A program made the translations under genes and the position numbers. 64,000 nt of DNA from Gammaproteobacteria bacterium (GTDB taxonomy: Bacteria; Pseudomonadota; Gammaproteobacteria; Eutrophobiales; Eutrophobiaceae): positions 2,144,001 through 2,208,000 of the forward strand of contig CBDCDS010000003.1 in assembly GCA_965215365.1 (NCBI GenBank), read 5' to 3'. Within the stretch, counting starts at the first letter, position 1; each line of letters opens with the position of its first letter. Shown piece after piece: positions 41,674 to 51,477 of the stretch. The notes beneath the pieces were generated by a model that saw only the letters and a list, made by a program, of their open reading frames with translations, was not told the DNA's origin and did not search any database.

Positions 41674-42325
41674 CGTTTCCCTGTTGCTGGCCGGATTGAC
41701 GGCGCTGCTGCTGACGCCGGTCGGGGTTGTCATTGCGCGCAAGCTGGCCTGGTCGCGCTTTGCCGGACGCAACGTCATACAGGCGTTGATTGCTCTACCC
41801 CTGATACTACCGCCGACAGTGCTGGGTTTTTACCTGATGGTCAGTCTGGGCGAGCTCTCGCCCCTGGGCGCGCGCTACCGGGACCTGACCGGAGACGCGC
41901 TGGTATTTTCGTTCGAGGGCATCCTGCTGGCGTCCGTGCTCTTCAACATCCCGTTTGCGGTGCAACCGGCGCAACGCAGCTTCGAGGCCATCCCGATCAA
42001 TATCCGTGAAGCGGCCTGGTGTAGCGGCCTGTCGAACTGGCAGACCTTCTGGCGTATTGAGCTGCCCCTGGCCTGGCCGGGCGTAGTGTCTTCCGCAGTG
42101 CTGACCGTAGCCCACACCCTGGGCGAGTTCGGCGTGGTGCTCATGGTGGGCGGCAATCTGGCCGGTGAGACGCGCACGGTAGCCATAGCCATTTATGACC
42201 GCGTACAGGCATTCGATAATGCCGGCGCCGCCACCATGTCTGCGGTGCTGCTGGCGATTTCGCTGTTTGCCATCAGCTTGATCTACTTCCTGACTGACCG
42301 TAGCGGACACTTTGACAAGCAGTAA
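41654..42325 (+). CDS. modB: Molybdate ABC transporter permease
   Basis: LPLILPPTVLGFYL, AHTLGEFGVVLMVGGN. Confidence 0.95.
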   Translation: MDWQALNVSLLLAGLTALLLTPVGVVIARKLAWSRFAGRNVIQALIALPLILPPTVLGFYLMVSLGELSPLGARYRDLTGDALVFSFEGILLASVLFNIPFAVQPAQRSFEAIPINIREAAWCSGLSNWQTFWRIELPLAWPGVVSSAVLTVAHTLGEFGVVLMVGGNLAGETRTVAIAIYDRVQAFDNAGAATMSAVLLAISLFAISLIYFLTDRSGHFDKQ

Positions 42326-42337
42326 TGACAGCTAATT

Positions 42338-43483
42338 ATGACAGACACTGACGCCATCAGTGTGCGCCTGCGACAACCGGGGCCGATCCCGCTGGATGTG
42401 TCGCTGTCCTGCAACAGCGGCGAGATACTGGTCATTCTGGGCCCGTCCGGCAGCGGCAAGACTACCCTGCTCAGATCGATCAGCGGCTTGTACACGCCCG
42501 CGTCCGGCGCCATTCGTTGTCACGGGGAACAATGGCTGGATAGCGCCAACGGCATCAACCTGCCGGTGCAGCGCCGACGTATTGGCATGGTGTTTCAGCA
42601 GTACGCGCTGTTCCCCCACCTCACCGCCCTGCAGAATATCATGCTGGCCCTGCATAACGGTGCGCGCCGACACCGGCGCGACACCGCGCAAAACCTGTTG
42701 CGCGCCATGCACATGGAAGGTCTGGAAGAACGCTACCCGCAGCAGTTGTCGGGGGGGCAACAGCAGCGAGTGGCCCTGGCTCGAGCGCTGGCGCGCGAGC
42801 CCAGTGCACTGTTGCTGGACGAACCTTTCTCAGCCGTGGACCAGCAAACGCGCAGGAAACTGGTGCGGGAACTGGTGAGCCTGAAGCAACACTTCAAACT
42901 GCCCATTATCCACGTCACACATGACCTGAACGAGGCGCGCCGCATCGCCGACCGGCTGTGCATCATCCACCATGGCAAAACCCTGCAAAGCGCTGCGCCC
43001 GAACAGGTGATGAACCATCCCGACAGCGCCGCCATTGCCGCGCTCATCGGCCATTACAATATCTTTCGCGCCCGGGTGGCAGGGCACGATCAGCAGGCGC
43101 AGACTACCCGCATCGAATGGGGCAGCCTGACCCTGAACGCGCGCTATCGCCCGGAATTTGCCCCCGGCGTCGCGGCAGACTGGGTCATCCCCGCAGACAG
43201 TATCATCCTGCATCGTCGCGACCGTCCGTCCCAGGGGGAGCGCGAAAACCCGGTGCCGGGCCGCATTGAAGAACTGCTGCCCCTGGGCGAGCAGGCCGCG
43301 CTCACCATGAAGACCGCACAGGGCGAGTCACTCTACCTGAACATCCCCACCCACGTCGCCCGTCGCAACCAACTGAGCAAGGGCGGCGACCTCAGTGTCT
43401 CGCTGCTGGCGGAGCGGATACATTTGATGAAAATATCTAAGGAATTGTCCGCAGATGACACAGATGAACGCAGATTAAAATAA
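42338..43483 (+). CDS. modC: Molybdate ABC transporter ATP-binding protein
   Basis: GPSGSGKT, LSGGQQQRVALARAL, LLLDEPF, TOBE-like tail; last residues are repeat-encoded. Confidence 0.92.
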   Translation: MTDTDAISVRLRQPGPIPLDVSLSCNSGEILVILGPSGSGKTTLLRSISGLYTPASGAIRCHGEQWLDSANGINLPVQRRRIGMVFQQYALFPHLTALQNIMLALHNGARRHRRDTAQNLLRAMHMEGLEERYPQQLSGGQQQRVALARALAREPSALLLDEPFSAVDQQTRRKLVRELVSLKQHFKLPIIHVTHDLNEARRIADRLCIIHHGKTLQSAAPEQVMNHPDSAAIAALIGHYNIFRARVAGHDQQAQTTRIEWGSLTLNARYRPEFAPGVAADWVIPADSIILHRRDRPSQGERENPVPGRIEELLPLGEQAALTMKTAQGESLYLNIPTHVARRNQLSKGGDLSVSLLAERIHLMKISKELSADDTDERRLK

Positions 43484-43523
43484 GGAATTATCCGCAGATG
43501 ACACAGATGAACACAGATAATGA
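43438..43523 (+). repeat. Two tandem 43-bp CGCAGAT-family units
   Basis: TAAGGAATTGTCCGCAGATGACACAGATGAACGCAGATTAAAA / TAAGGAATTATCCGCAGATGACACAGATGAACACAGATAATGA. Confidence 0.9.
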
Positions 43524-43728
43524 CAAGAGGGATCAGGAAACTTATGAAATCATCGGGGCTGCTAAAGCCTTACAAAGAACATCGGGTCATGAGGAATCTC
43601 AGCTGATCAACTATCTGAAGGCCGCTGGGATGAACCGTGGGTTACTCATCAATTTTGGCGCCAGACAACTACAATACAAGAGACTCGTTTTTAATCTGCG
43701 TTCATCTGCGTCATCTGCGGACAAATAA
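43498..43728 (+). pseudogene. GxxExxY-family (PDDEXK_3) protein with a large in-frame internal deletion
   Basis: N-terminal RDQETYEIIGAA joined directly to C-terminal KA...EESQLINYLKAAGMNRGLLINFGARQLQYKRLV; the GxxExxY motif and D...ELK core are missing. Confidence 0.8.
43689..43724 (-). repeat. CGCAGAT-family inverted copy closing the GxxExxY cassette
   Basis: Reverse complement is 35/36 identical to 43445-43480. Confidence 0.92.
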
Positions 43729-43729
43729 G

Positions 43730-45346
43730 TCAACTGTTAATAACAGGCGCCGCCGCCAGTAACGCCTGGGTGTACTCGTGTCGAGGTGCTGCTAAAACCT
43801 GACTGGTTTCGCCCTGTTCCACAATTTTACCCTGGCGCATCACGGCCACTTCGTGGGCGAAGTTGCTGATCAGGTTGACGTTGTGGGTGATAAACAGGCA
43901 GGCCAGCTTCAATTGTTGTTGTAATTCGGTCAGCAATGCCATGATGCGCGCCTGTACCGTGACATCAAGGGCACTGGTGGGTTCGTCGCAGACCAGCAGT
44001 TGCGGCCGCACTGCCAGCGCCCTGGCAATGCAGATGCGTTGCCGTTGCCCGCCGGAAAACTCGTGCGGGTAACGGTACTTGTGGCCCGGTTCCAGGCCAA
44101 CCTGTTCCAGCAGGCGGTCGATTGACGCCTGACGCTGCCCGGCAGTCTGTGCCGTACCCAGGGTGAGCATACCTTCCTCAATAATGTCCTTTACCTTGAA
44201 CTGCGGGTCCATGGAGGAAAATGGGTCCTGGAATACGACCTGCATGTACGTCCGGCGGCGGCGCAGCTGTTGCGGGCTGAGCCCGGACAGGCTCTCACCG
44301 GCCAGACAGACTGTGCCGGCCGCCGGTTGCAGCAGTTGCAGAATGCCTTTGCCAAGCGTGGTCTTGCCGGAGCCGGACTCGCCTACCAGTGCCAGGGTAC
44401 GGCCGCGCGCCAGCGTCAGCGACACACCCTCTACTGCATTGAAGTAGCTGGCCGGGCGCCCAAACCAGCCTGGTTTAATGGGGAAACGGATGTGCAGGTT
44501 GTTGACTTGCAGCAGGGGGCTGTGGTGTTTGTTGCCAGCCTCACTGACTTCAGGTTTGCGCGCGCTAACCCCGGACCCCATAGCCCTAGCTACTGCCAGC
44601 AGTTGTTGGGAATAGGAATGCTGCGGCTGACGAAAAAACTCGTTTGCAGGGCCGGTTTCCACCAGCCGGCCGCGGCGCATGACGGCGACGCGACCCGCCA
44701 CCTGGGCGGCCACAGCCAGATCGTGGGTGATAAACAGCATGGCCATGCCGGTCTCGCGCTGTAGCTTGTGCAGCAGCGCCAGAATGCGCGCCTGGGTGGT
44801 GACATCCAGTGCCGTAGTGGGTTCATCGGCGATAAGCAGCTCAGGTTCTCCGGCCAGGGCCGTGGCCAGCATGACCCGCTGTTTCATGCCGCCGGAGTAC
44901 TGGTGCGGGTAGTCATGCAGGCGGCGGGCGGGGTCCGGTAGCTCCACGGCCGCCAGTAATTCGACCACCCGCTGCCGTAGCGCCCGGCCACGCAACCCGC
45001 GCCGGCGCAGCGCCTCGCCCACCTGTACGCCTACCGTCAGCGCCGGATTCAGCGAGCTGTGCGGTTCCTGAAAGATCATGGCAAGCTGCCGCCCGCGCAG
45101 GGCGCGCAGGCGCCGTGTAGACAGGGTGGCAAGGTCGCGGTCATGCAGCCGGATGCTGCCGCTGACTGCGGCTGAGCCGGGCAACAGCCTGAGCAGGCTC
45201 AGCGCAGTCACGGACTTGCCACTGCCCGATTCACCTAGCAACGCCAAAGTCTCCCCGGCCTGAATTTGGAAAGACACGCCGGCAACGGCAGGCGCGTCGC
45301 TGCCAAAGCGCACCGTCAGGGAGTCAATATTGAGTAACTCAGCCAT
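43730..45346 (-). CDS. Peptide/nickel-type ABC transporter fused double ATP-binding protein
   Basis: Two NBDs: GESGSGKS...[12 protein letters not shown] and GESGSGKT...[12 protein letters not shown]. Confidence 0.93.
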   Translation of the reverse strand: MAELLNIDSLTVRFGSDAPAVAGVSFQIQAGETLALLGESGSGKSVTALSLLRLLPGSAAVSGSIRLHDRDLATLSTRRLRALRGRQLAMIFQEPHSSLNPALTVGVQVGEALRRRGLRGRALRQRVVELLAAVELPDPARRLHDYPHQYSGGMKQRVMLATALAGEPELLIADEPTTALDVTTQARILALLHKLQRETGMAMLFITHDLAVAAQVAGRVAVMRRGRLVETGPANEFFRQPQHSYSQQLLAVARAMGSGVSARKPEVSEAGNKHHSPLLQVNNLHIRFPIKPGWFGRPASYFNAVEGVSLTLARGRTLALVGESGSGKTTLGKGILQLLQPAAGTVCLAGESLSGLSPQQLRRRRTYMQVVFQDPFSSMDPQFKVKDIIEEGMLTLGTAQTAGQRQASIDRLLEQVGLEPGHKYRYPHEFSGGQRQRICIARALAVRPQLLVCDEPTSALDVTVQARIMALLTELQQQLKLACLFITHNVNLISNFAHEVAVMRQGKIVEQGETSQVLAAPRHEYTQALLAAAPVINS

Positions 45347-45364
45347 AGCTCGCATATCTCATTG

Positions 45365-46723
45365 TTAATCTGCGTCAGCGGCAGATAAATCTCCAGCAGG
45401 TTGCCGCATCAGGTAAATGACCAGCAACAGCGCCGGCAGGCCCAGCGCGCCGGCGTACAGGAAGAACCAGGCGTAGTTGGCGACCTCGACTACGATGCCA
45501 GAGAAGCCACCGACGATCTTGGCAGGGAGAGTCATCAGAGAGGAAAACAAGGCGTACTGAGTGGCGGTATAGGTGGTATTGGTCAGACTCGACAAGTAGG
45601 CGATGAAAGCTGAGGTGGCAAAACCACCGCTGAGGTTATCCATGCTGATGACCACCGCCAGACTGGTCAGGTTCGGTTCGCTCAGCGCCAGCCAGACAAA
45701 GAACAGGTTGGTCACGGGCACCAGGATGGCGCCCACCAGCAACGGTCGGTAAATGCCGTAGCGCAGCACCAGGACGCCGCCCAGGCCGGCGCCGAGAAGG
45801 GTCATAAAAAACCCGAATATCTTGGTGATATTGGCAATTTCGACCTTGCTGAAACCCAGGTCCAGATAGAACGGGTTAGCCATCACCCCCATGGTGATGT
45901 CGCTGAGGCGGAAGCTGCCGATCAGCAACAGGATCAACAAAGCCGGCAACCCATGGCGGCGGAAGAATTCGGCAAAGGGGCTGAGTACGGCACCGGTGAA
46001 CCAGGCCGCGCACCGGCTGAGCACAGGCGCGTGACCTTGTAAGCCCAGTTTTCCTGCCAGCTCACGTTCCAACTGCGCGGCAGACTCGGATACCGGGTGC
46101 TCCGGTTCGGCAATCAACAGGGTCGTGACGATACCTATGCCCATCAGTGCCGCCATGGTGAAATACGCATACTGCCAGGATTGGGCCGCAGCAATATAGA
46201 AGGCACCGGCGCCGGCCACCAGCAACGCCACGCGGTAGCCGAACACATAGCTAGCTGCCATCGCTCCCTGTAATAGTCGCTCCACCGCCTCAATACGGTA
46301 CGCGTCAATCGTGATGTCCTGAGTGGCGGAACCGAACGCAACCAGCAACGCAAACAGCGCGAGCTGCTGCAAGTGTGCCTGCGGATCGCTCAGGGCCATC
46401 CCGGCCAGACCCAGGGCAATCAGCAGCTGAGCCGATAACATCCAGGCACGCCGTTTGCCCAGCCGCCCGTTCAGGAAAAAAATCGGTGTCCGATCCACCA
46501 CCGGTGCCCAGAATACCTTGATTGAATAGGTAATGCCTATCCAACTGAAAAACCCGATGGTGGACAGGGCCAGCCCGGCATCACGCAACCATGCGGACAG
46601 GGTGGAAAACACCAGCAGGAACGGCAGCCCCGCGGAAAAACCAAGGAAACTCATGGCAATGACGCGCGGGCGGCGGTAAACCGCCAATGCCGTGCGCCAG
46701 TCTGTGCCGGCTTTATCGGTCAT
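45365..46723 (-). CDS. ampG: AmpG-family muropeptide MFS transporter
   Basis: LGFSAGLPFLL, SATQDITIDAYRIE, TATQYALFSS. Confidence 0.92.
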   Translation of the reverse strand: MTDKAGTDWRTALAVYRRPRVIAMSFLGFSAGLPFLLVFSTLSAWLRDAGLALSTIGFFSWIGITYSIKVFWAPVVDRTPIFFLNGRLGKRRAWMLSAQLLIALGLAGMALSDPQAHLQQLALFALLVAFGSATQDITIDAYRIEAVERLLQGAMAASYVFGYRVALLVAGAGAFYIAAAQSWQYAYFTMAALMGIGIVTTLLIAEPEHPVSESAAQLERELAGKLGLQGHAPVLSRCAAWFTGAVLSPFAEFFRRHGLPALLILLLIGSFRLSDITMGVMANPFYLDLGFSKVEIANITKIFGFFMTLLGAGLGGVLVLRYGIYRPLLVGAILVPVTNLFFVWLALSEPNLTSLAVVISMDNLSGGFATSAFIAYLSSLTNTTYTATQYALFSSLMTLPAKIVGGFSGIVVEVANYAWFFLYAGALGLPALLLVIYLMRQPAGDLSAADAD

Positions 46724-46735
46724 CGGATACTGGGG

Positions 46736-48439
46736 CTAATTTTGCAGCGCCTCTGCCGACATGTGGTGTTTGGGATGGACCGGACGCATGAGGGCATTGC
46801 TGGCCAGGGCAATGGCCAGTAGCAGAGCCATAAGATACATGGTGCTGTTGTACAGGTTGGGGGTCGGGTCTATGACGCCGGCCGGGGCGATATCCATGAG
46901 GCTGGCGATAGTCACGGTTTTGGCCTCGAGCAGCGCCGGCAACTGCTCGATGCCGGCGCCGAACGCCTCGGCGAATGTTGCCGGGTCGATCTTTGCAACC
47001 AGCTCGTCGATCGCCCGGGCCACGGCGTTCTCCCGCAACGAAGTGATGGCCAGCGGCCCCAGCACGCCGGCGGTGCTCCACGCGGTGAGCAGACGACCAT
47101 GGATGCCGCCCACGTAGCGGGTGCCGAATATATCTGCCAGATAAGCGGGAATAGTGGCAAAACCGCCGCCGTACATGGTGAAGATAATCATGGTGGCGGC
47201 GTAGAAATACACCAGCCAGACCACTGCCGGGTTGACGCTGACCTGCCGCGCAGTATAAGGGATGGAACAGTACAGCAGGATACCCAGCGCAAAGAAGATC
47301 CAGTAGGTATTGCGGCGTCCGATATAATCCGAGGTGCTGGCCCAGATGAACCGCCCCACCATGTTGAAAACGCTGATCATCACCACGTAGGTCGCGGCGA
47401 AGGCTCCGTCCACAACCTGTGGCAAGGTAGTGCCGAAGATCTCGCTCATCATGGTCTTGGCCACGCCCAGTACGCCGATGCCTGCGGTCACGTTAAAACA
47501 GAGCACGATCCACAACTGGTAGAACTGGCGGGTCTTGAGCGCCTGATCGATGTCCACATGGTTGCGCGTCATCATCTTTTTTTCCGCATGCGCCTCATCC
47601 GGCGGCGTCCAGCCTGCCGGCTGCCAGCCGGGCGCCGGCACGCGGTAGGAGAACGCAGCAACCATCATGATCACGAAATAAATAATGCCCATGGTGAAGA
47701 AAGTCTGGGCAATGCCGACCGAGCCGGTGCCCACCAGATAGACGCCTTCGGCGCCGGGCATGACCATCTGCGCCACTTCATTGGCACCGATCACAACCAC
47801 TTCGCGCAATTCCCCGCCGACTTCCGCAAAGCGCCGACCGGCGCGGGTGACCAGTTCCAGCTCCGTCACTGCGCCCAGGTAGTCGGGCGCCCGGTAATAA
47901 TGCCTGATAAAAAATTCTTTCAGCGGCGCGCCGATCATGGCGCCGCCGCCGAAACCCATGATAGCCATGCCTGTGGCCATACCACGCCGGTCCGGGAACC
48001 AGCGGATCAAGGTGCTCACCGGCGACACATAGCCCAGGCCCAGGCCGCATCCCCCCAGCACACCATAGCCCAGGTACAGCAACCATAACTGGTGCGTGAC
48101 GATACCGATGCCGCCGATAATAAAGCCGCCGCCCCAGCAGCAGGCCGACACCACGCCCACCATACGCGGCCCCACCTGCTCCAGCCACCTGCCGGCGATG
48201 GCCGCAGCCAGCCCCAGCACGACAATCGACACGGTGAAGATCCACACCACCTCCTTCAGCGTCCAGTCATCAGCAGCGCTGAGCACCACCCCGACCTGCT
48301 TGATCAGAGCGGGATTGAAAATACTCCAGGCATAGACCGAACCGATACACAGGTGAATGCCAAGAGCCGCAGGAACGATCAACCAGCGATTGAACCCCGG
48401 CTGCGCGATGATGTGCTGTTTGGACAGGATGCCCGACAT
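46736..48439 (-). CDS. OFA-family MFS transporter (oxalate/formate/monocarboxylate)
   Basis: IHLCIGSVYAWSIF, WFPDRRGMATGMAIMGFGGG, MYGGGFATIPAYLADIFG. Confidence 0.9.
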   Translation of the reverse strand: MSGILSKQHIIAQPGFNRWLIVPAALGIHLCIGSVYAWSIFNPALIKQVGVVLSAADDWTLKEVVWIFTVSIVVLGLAAAIAGRWLEQVGPRMVGVVSACCWGGGFIIGGIGIVTHQLWLLYLGYGVLGGCGLGLGYVSPVSTLIRWFPDRRGMATGMAIMGFGGGAMIGAPLKEFFIRHYYRAPDYLGAVTELELVTRAGRRFAEVGGELREVVVIGANEVAQMVMPGAEGVYLVGTGSVGIAQTFFTMGIIYFVIMMVAAFSYRVPAPGWQPAGWTPPDEAHAEKKMMTRNHVDIDQALKTRQFYQLWIVLCFNVTAGIGVLGVAKTMMSEIFGTTLPQVVDGAFAATYVVMISVFNMVGRFIWASTSDYIGRRNTYWIFFALGILLYCSIPYTARQVSVNPAVVWLVYFYAATMIIFTMYGGGFATIPAYLADIFGTRYVGGIHGRLLTAWSTAGVLGPLAITSLRENAVARAIDELVAKIDPATFAEAFGAGIEQLPALLEAKTVTIASLMDIAPAGVIDPTPNLYNSTMYLMALLLAIALASNALMRPVHPKHHMSAEALQN

Positions 48440-48541
48440 GATTTACCCCCCTGCTATTTGACGACGTTTGACGTTACGCCCCGCCGCAGCCCGCAGACCC
48501 GGGCGGCAGGGCGAACCATTGTAACGCGAATGGAACGGCTG

Positions 48542-48571
48542 TTGTAGAACCTTGTGGCCCTTTGCTATACT
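48542..48571 (+). promoter_or_regulatory. Candidate sigma70 promoter with extended -10, for a leaderless transcript
   Basis: TTGTAG-N18-TATACT with TG at 48563-48564; ATG 6 nt after the -10 box; no Shine-Dalgarno. Confidence 0.5.
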
Positions 48572-48577
48572 GTGGGC

Positions 48578-48817
48578 ATGAAACTCACTCAAGAAACCTT
48601 TGCCATTCTCGGTGTCGGAGCTGGCCTGCTGGTCGGACTGGGAGGGCTGCAAATCAGTTTGCACGGTGATTTATCCCGGCGTATTGATACTCTGGCTACC
48701 GGGCAGGCGGAGGTGCGTGAACGGTTGGCCCGCGTTGAGACTCGCCTTTCACTCCCGAACATTACCGACACCGCTACGGTTGCTGGCATCGAACCGGCTG
48801 GCAGCCCGGACCGGTAG
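48578..48817 (+). CDS. Small hypothetical TM + coiled-coil protein
   Basis: [17 protein letters not shown] then DLSRRIDTL...[13 protein letters not shown]; resembles the 32937-33431 product. Confidence 0.65.
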   Translation: MKLTQETFAILGVGAGLLVGLGGLQISLHGDLSRRIDTLATGQAEVRERLARVETRLSLPNITDTATVAGIEPAGSPDR

Positions 48818-48849
48818 CTGCTGCCCCACGCTTGCACAGGGGCGGGATT

Positions 48850-49854
48850 ATGATGAGACGGAACGGCGATACACTCATCGATAATTTCGGCCGCACGGTC
48901 AATTACGTCCGTATCTCGGTGACCGACCGGTGTGACTTCCGTTGTGTCTATTGTATGGATGAAGAGATGCAGTTCGTGCCCCGGGCCAAACTGCTGTCGC
49001 TGGAAGAGCTTGCAGAAATTGCCCGGGCCTTTACTGAACTGGGTGTCGGCAAGATCCGCATTACCGGCGGCGAACCGCTGCTCCGGCGTAATATCGTCAA
49101 GCTGTTCCGCGACATAGGCCGCCTGGAAGGGCTGCGCGAGCTGGTACTGACTACCAACGGCTCACAATTACCAAAACTGGCGGGCGAGTTGCAAGACGCC
49201 GGGGTAAAACGCATCAATATCAGCCTGGATTCCCTGGACCCGGACAAATTCAGGCGGCTGACCCGAGTCGGTGAACTGGGCAAGGTGTTGGCGGGTATTG
49301 ATGCGGCGCTGGCGACCGGCTTCGAGCGCCTCAAGCTCAATGCGGTCATTTTGAAAAACCGCAATGACGATGAGGTGGTTGACCTAGTAGAGTTCGCCTC
49401 AGTACGCGGCCTGGACATCAGTTTCATAGAGGAGATGCCGCTGGGCGTGATCGGTGAGCATGACCGCGCCGAGGTCTATTATTCCAGCGACGAGATCAAG
49501 GCTGACCTAGAACGCCATTATACGCTGCTGCCCACGCTCGATACCACCGGCGGCCCCTCACGTTACTACCGGCTCGTCGAAACCGACACCCGCGTGGGCT
49601 TTATCTCTCCACACAGCCATAACTTCTGCGACAGTTGCAACCGGGTCCGGCTCACTTGTGAGGGGCGCCTGCTGCTGTGTCTCGGTCAGGAGCATTCGGT
49701 GGACCTGCGTCAGGTCGTCCGTGCTCATCCCGGAGACAGGGAGCGGTTAAAGCAGGCCATCCGTGCCGCCATGGCCATCAAACCCAAGGGGCATGAGTTT
49801 GATCTGGCTGTCAAACCCGTCATTTTCCGCCACATGAATATGACCGGAGGCTAA
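48850..49854 (+). CDS. moaA: GTP 3',8-cyclase MoaA
   Basis: [40 protein letters not shown]. Confidence 0.97.
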   Translation: MMRRNGDTLIDNFGRTVNYVRISVTDRCDFRCVYCMDEEMQFVPRAKLLSLEELAEIARAFTELGVGKIRITGGEPLLRRNIVKLFRDIGRLEGLRELVLTTNGSQLPKLAGELQDAGVKRINISLDSLDPDKFRRLTRVGELGKVLAGIDAALATGFERLKLNAVILKNRNDDEVVDLVEFASVRGLDISFIEEMPLGVIGEHDRAEVYYSSDEIKADLERHYTLLPTLDTTGGPSRYYRLVETDTRVGFISPHSHNFCDSCNRVRLTCEGRLLLCLGQEHSVDLRQVVRAHPGDRERLKQAIRAAMAIKPKGHEFDLAVKPVIFRHMNMTGG

Positions 49855-49878
49855 GCAACAAAACATGGAATTCTCGTT

Positions 49879-49984
49879 CGTCATTGCTGTGCAAGCAGAA
49901 ATCCGGTCAAACGAACAATTCCTTATCAGGGTGCGCGAACAACGCGTGTTTATCCACTGGCTTCCTGCTTGCGCAGGAATGACG
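49879..49984. repeat. CGTC-type REP inverted pair (REPIN-like) between moaA and fdhD
   Basis: CGTCATTGCTGTGCAAGCAGAAATCCGG ... CTGGCTTCCTGCTTGCGCAGGAATGACG. Confidence 0.8.
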
Positions 49985-49994
49985 TAGCATCGAC

Positions 49995-50861
49995 ATGAAT
50001 AATTTGTCACGGCAACACCCGGCAATGACCGATGCCGGCCTTAACCCTACCAGCGCCGTCGAAGCGATTGATGAATTTCATAATGTGCGGGAGCTGCACA
50101 TTGCCGAGGAGCGGCCGTTGACCATTTACGTGGACAGCTACGAGATCGTGACCCTGATGACCCTGGGCAAGACCCCGGAGCTGCTGACCCTGGGCTACCT
50201 GAAGAATCAGGGTATTGTTACGGACCTCAATGAGATTCGCGCGGTGCAGGTGGATTGGGAGGTCAATGCCGCCGCGGTGACGACCTGGTCAGAACGGGAC
50301 GACTGGAAAGAGCGGCTGGGGCCGAGAATAGTAACTACCGGTTGTGGCCAGGGCACGGTATATGGTGACATCCTGGAGCAAATCAATCGGATTGAGCTAC
50401 CGGAGCTGCGCCTCAGACAATCCGACATCTACGCCCTGTTGAAAAATCTGGCCCATTACAACGACGTCTATAAAAGCGCCGGCGCAGTGCATGGCTGCGC
50501 CCTGTGCACCGGTACCGACGTATCCGTTTTCATCGAAGATGTGGGTCGCCACAACGCCGTGGATGCGATCGCCGGGCAGATGTGGCTGGAAGGCACCTCG
50601 GGCCATGACAAGCTGTTTTACACCACCGGCCGCCTGACCTCGGAGATGGTCATGAAGGTGGCGCAAATGGGTATCCCGGCGCTGCTGTCCCGTTCCGGCA
50701 TTACCCAAATGGGGCTGAAACTGGCAAAGGATTTTGGAGTGACCCTGTTTTCCCGCGCCAAGGGCACGCATTTCCTAGTGTATAACGGTGCTGAACATAT
50801 TGAATTTGATGTGTCGCTGCCACCGAAACGCGCGCTGGCCAACTTAAAACGCGCCGACTGA
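49995..50861 (+). CDS. fdhD: Formate dehydrogenase accessory sulfurtransferase FdhD
   Basis: ERPLTIY, TTGCGQG, GAVHGCAL, EDVGRHNAVD, TGRLTSEMV. Confidence 0.95.
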   Translation: MNNLSRQHPAMTDAGLNPTSAVEAIDEFHNVRELHIAEERPLTIYVDSYEIVTLMTLGKTPELLTLGYLKNQGIVTDLNEIRAVQVDWEVNAAAVTTWSERDDWKERLGPRIVTTGCGQGTVYGDILEQINRIELPELRLRQSDIYALLKNLAHYNDVYKSAGAVHGCALCTGTDVSVFIEDVGRHNAVDAIAGQMWLEGTSGHDKLFYTTGRLTSEMVMKVAQMGIPALLSRSGITQMGLKLAKDFGVTLFSRAKGTHFLVYNGAEHIEFDVSLPPKRALANLKRAD

Positions 50862-50883
50862 ATCACCCGCTCCGTTCCCCACG

Positions 50884-51477
50884 ATGAAAAAAACCGGCAT
50901 TACCGGCGCAGTCCTTGCAGGCGGGGAGGCAAGGCGCATGGGCGGCGGCGACAAGGGGCTAGTAGAACTGTGCGGTAAGCCCCTGGTCGAGTATGCACTG
51001 ACCGCGCTGTCCCCCCAGGTTGATACGGTCATCATCAATGCCAACCGCAATCGGGAGCGCTATGCCGCCTACGGCCACCCCGTGATTGCGGATAGCAGGC
51101 AGGGCTTCCAGGGACCTCTGGCCGGGATGTTGAGTTGCCTGAAAGCAGCCGAGACGGAGTTGCTGGTGACAGTCCCCTGTGATTCACCGTTGCTGCCCGA
51201 GGATCTGGTCTCTCGCCTGTTCCGGCAACTGCGCGCACAACAGGCAGACCTCAGCGTTGCCCACAACGGCGCCCGGATGCAACCGGTCTTTGCGCTCATG
51301 TCCACCTCCCTGGCCTCATCCGTACAGGCATTTCTCGGGCGCGGTGAGCGCAAAATAGATCGCTGGTTTGAACAACACAAGCTGGCAGTAACCGATTTTT
51401 CCGACAAACCGGACTGCTTCAGGAACGTCAATGCCCCGGATGAACTGGCACAGTTGGAGGCGCAGTTGCATGCCTGA
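50884..51477 (+). CDS. mobA: Molybdenum cofactor guanylyltransferase
   Basis: LAGGEARRMGGGDKG, GPLAG, VPCDSP, FRNVNAP. Confidence 0.95.
   Translation: MKKTGITGAVLAGGEARRMGGGDKGLVELCGKPLVEYALTALSPQVDTVIINANRNRERYAAYGHPVIADSRQGFQGPLAGMLSCLKAAETELLVTVPCDSPLLPEDLVSRLFRQLRAQQADLSVAHNGARMQPVFALMSTSLASSVQAFLGRGERKIDRWFEQHKLAVTDFSDKPDCFRNVNAPDELAQLEAQLHA

Noticed and set aside
43438-43523. Possible CRISPR array
   Set aside because: Only two adjacent units with no unique spacer, no cas genes, and the same motif occurs inverted and dispersed.
47099-48088. Long antisense ORFs (this one, 11511-12392, 22541-23428, 58672-59613 and similar)
   Set aside because: Shadow frames of well-supported genes in GC-rich DNA, with no recognisable motifs.
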